A stretch of 63,748 nt of DNA, counting the filler, from Chiloscyllium plagiosum (Eukaryota), in the NCBI RefSeq assembly GCF_004010195.1. It is 4 parts of one record of this genome, joined end to end, with 100 filler letters (N's around TTAATTAATTAA, not from the genome) between each part and the next. Parts side by side here need not be neighbours in the genome. Positions count along the whole stretch, not along the records: positions 60,731 to 63,748 come from NC_057712.1; 3 more parts are not named here. The stretch is one strand, 5' to 3'. Of the stretch, positions 62,180 to 63,748 are shown piece by piece (within the stretch, counting starts at the first letter, position 1; every line of letters begins with the position of its first letter). A program made the position numbers and the translations under genes. The notes below the pieces were generated by a model. It was not told the DNA's origin. It searched no databases and saw only the letters and a program-made list of their open reading frames with translations.

Positions 62180-63328
62180 ATGTCAAAAGCCCAGTAGCAT
62201 TTTTGGCTCTTTCTGGTTAACCTGTACTGACTCCCAACCAAGGTTCTCTCAATCCCCATCCTCCACCTCTACAACACCGGACCGAAATTCCAAAACGTTG
62301 GTGAGCATTTTTAATTGTCGGGTTCATAGAACCAGAATTTCTGTCATCTGTGTATCCCAAACAAGGAATGAAAATTGGATCTTCATCATTGCATCCAAGA
62401 GATCAATTTAAATAGAGTTTTGTTTTAAAAATCTAATAGATCATGCTAAAAAGTCCCACATTTTATTTTTGAACAAGATTGATCACATTTTCAAGTAACT
62501 GGCTCTTTTACAAGATTTATCTGATCTTTTTAATGTTTCCATGTTTACCTTTCATTAAGATGTATTTAACTTGTTTAAACATCATTGCATTAAAACAAAA
62601 GCTAAGTCTAATAAGTCTGGTTTAAAAAAGCCATCGACCTTGAAACTATGAAAAAAGTTGATGAAAATACTGAAAGTCTTAAAGAGTATTAGAAGTACAA
62701 GTGTGAAGAAATGTGGTAAATCATGAAACAATTAAAACAGAAGATTAATGTCTTTAACATAACTTATTTGAGTGAAATCTAACATTTAAAAGATCCTTTC
62801 TGATACATTAAGAAATCAAAATTTGAGAGTGGAAATACCTCGATGTCTGGAAATAATAAGTCTAATGTATTTCTATGAGAATACTTTCCAATTTCTGAGA
62901 AAATATTAAATCTGCATGTACTGGCTTGCTACCTGCGGTTTAAACCTCCAGCCTGCTGATGAAAGTAGAAAGATCTTGGAAGTTGATTTAAGAGTTGCAG
63001 CACATACACTGGAACTGCTGGGTCTCGATGTTTTCCAGTAACGGCAAAAGTTGAATGTGTTACTGTTCCTGGTGGCACAAAGGTCAGGCCATTAGTTCCT
63101 GACTCAAAAAACACAGGAAATGAAAATCTTCACTGGGCATTTTAACAAAACATTTTCATGATTCATTGTCGAGCGCAGTATTTATCAAATTATTACCTGT
63201 TACTTAATTTTATTTATGGGCTGATGGACCTTGAATCATGCCTATCATGTTTAGCTATTCAATAGATCTCTGTCTCACCAATACCGCTTGTCAACTGATC
63301 ACTGCTCATTTATCAAGTGGGAGACTAG

Positions 63329-63506
63329 TGTTACGACACAGTGGTGAACCATCCTGTTAATTAAACCAAACACTCAGAAAAGCTCACCTCACCTCGTACT
63401 CCATTAAAATATGAGTGACAGAGAAACTCCCAAACTCCACTATTTAAACAAAATAATACCAATTTATTCCTTAACTATAAAAATGAACATGAAACAACAA
63501 CTATTA
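63329..63506 (-). repeat. LTR 3' end, same family as 6920-10106
   Basis: Reverse complement matches 9610-9753 plus 10085-10106 and ends ...tcgtaaCA. Confidence 0.6.
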
Positions 63507-63748
63507 GAACATAGAACATAGAACACAGAAGAATACAGCGCAGTACAGGCCCTTCGGCCCTCGATGTTGCGCCGATCCAAGCCCCCTAACCTACCACTAG
63601 CCCAGTATCCTCCATATGCCTATCCAATGCCCGTTTAAATGCCCATAATGAGGGAGAGTCCACCACTGCTACTGGCAGGGCATTCCATGATCTCACGACT
63701 CGCTGAGTAAAGAACCTACCCCTAACATCTGTCCTATACCTAACCCCC
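63507..63748 (-). mobile_element. Young CR1 3' end with a (TTCTATG)n tail
   Basis: tagaacatagaacatagaac tail, similar in reverse to 55330-55530. Confidence 0.85.

Noticed and set aside
62880..63200. Non-repetitive stretch considered as an exon or conserved element
   Set aside because: No convincing splice-bounded frame with RIM similarity; conservation cannot be judged without alignments.
52656..63748. Next RIMS1 exon (VMWVCNLCRKQQE...)
   Set aside because: Not found by eye; probably downstream of the window or within a gap.

Overview
Eukaryotic genomic DNA, very probably from a shark (elasmobranch), judged by HE1-type V-SINEs, HER1/CR1 LINEs and DeuSINE-like copies. The window appears to be almost entirely intron of a plus-strand RIMS1-like synaptic active-zone gene. 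Only two exons are recognisable: a 214-nt zinc-finger exon (37040-37253) and a 12-nt neural-type microexon encoding EDKV (52644-52655). Both are missed by the ORF track. The rest is densely nested transposon debris: many CR1 LINEs, two Rex1/Babar LINEs, about a dozen HE1 SINEs, a decayed two-LTR Gmr1-like retrotransposon with integrase before RT (39786-44941), a second Gypsy remnant, and many Penelope-like elements (PLEs). The PLE pseudo-LTRs carry minimal type I hammerhead ribozymes. Most notable are short palindromic PLE inserts that pivot at the ribozyme, a PLE junction that captured 47 bp of nearby DNA, and a PLE 5' inversion coinciding with loss of the Gmr1 gag/protease region. Three TTAATTAATTAA-in-N blocks are assembly linkers. 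I found no wholly new protein-coding system. Family names come from motif recognition, not database searches, and the ends of decayed repeats are approximate.
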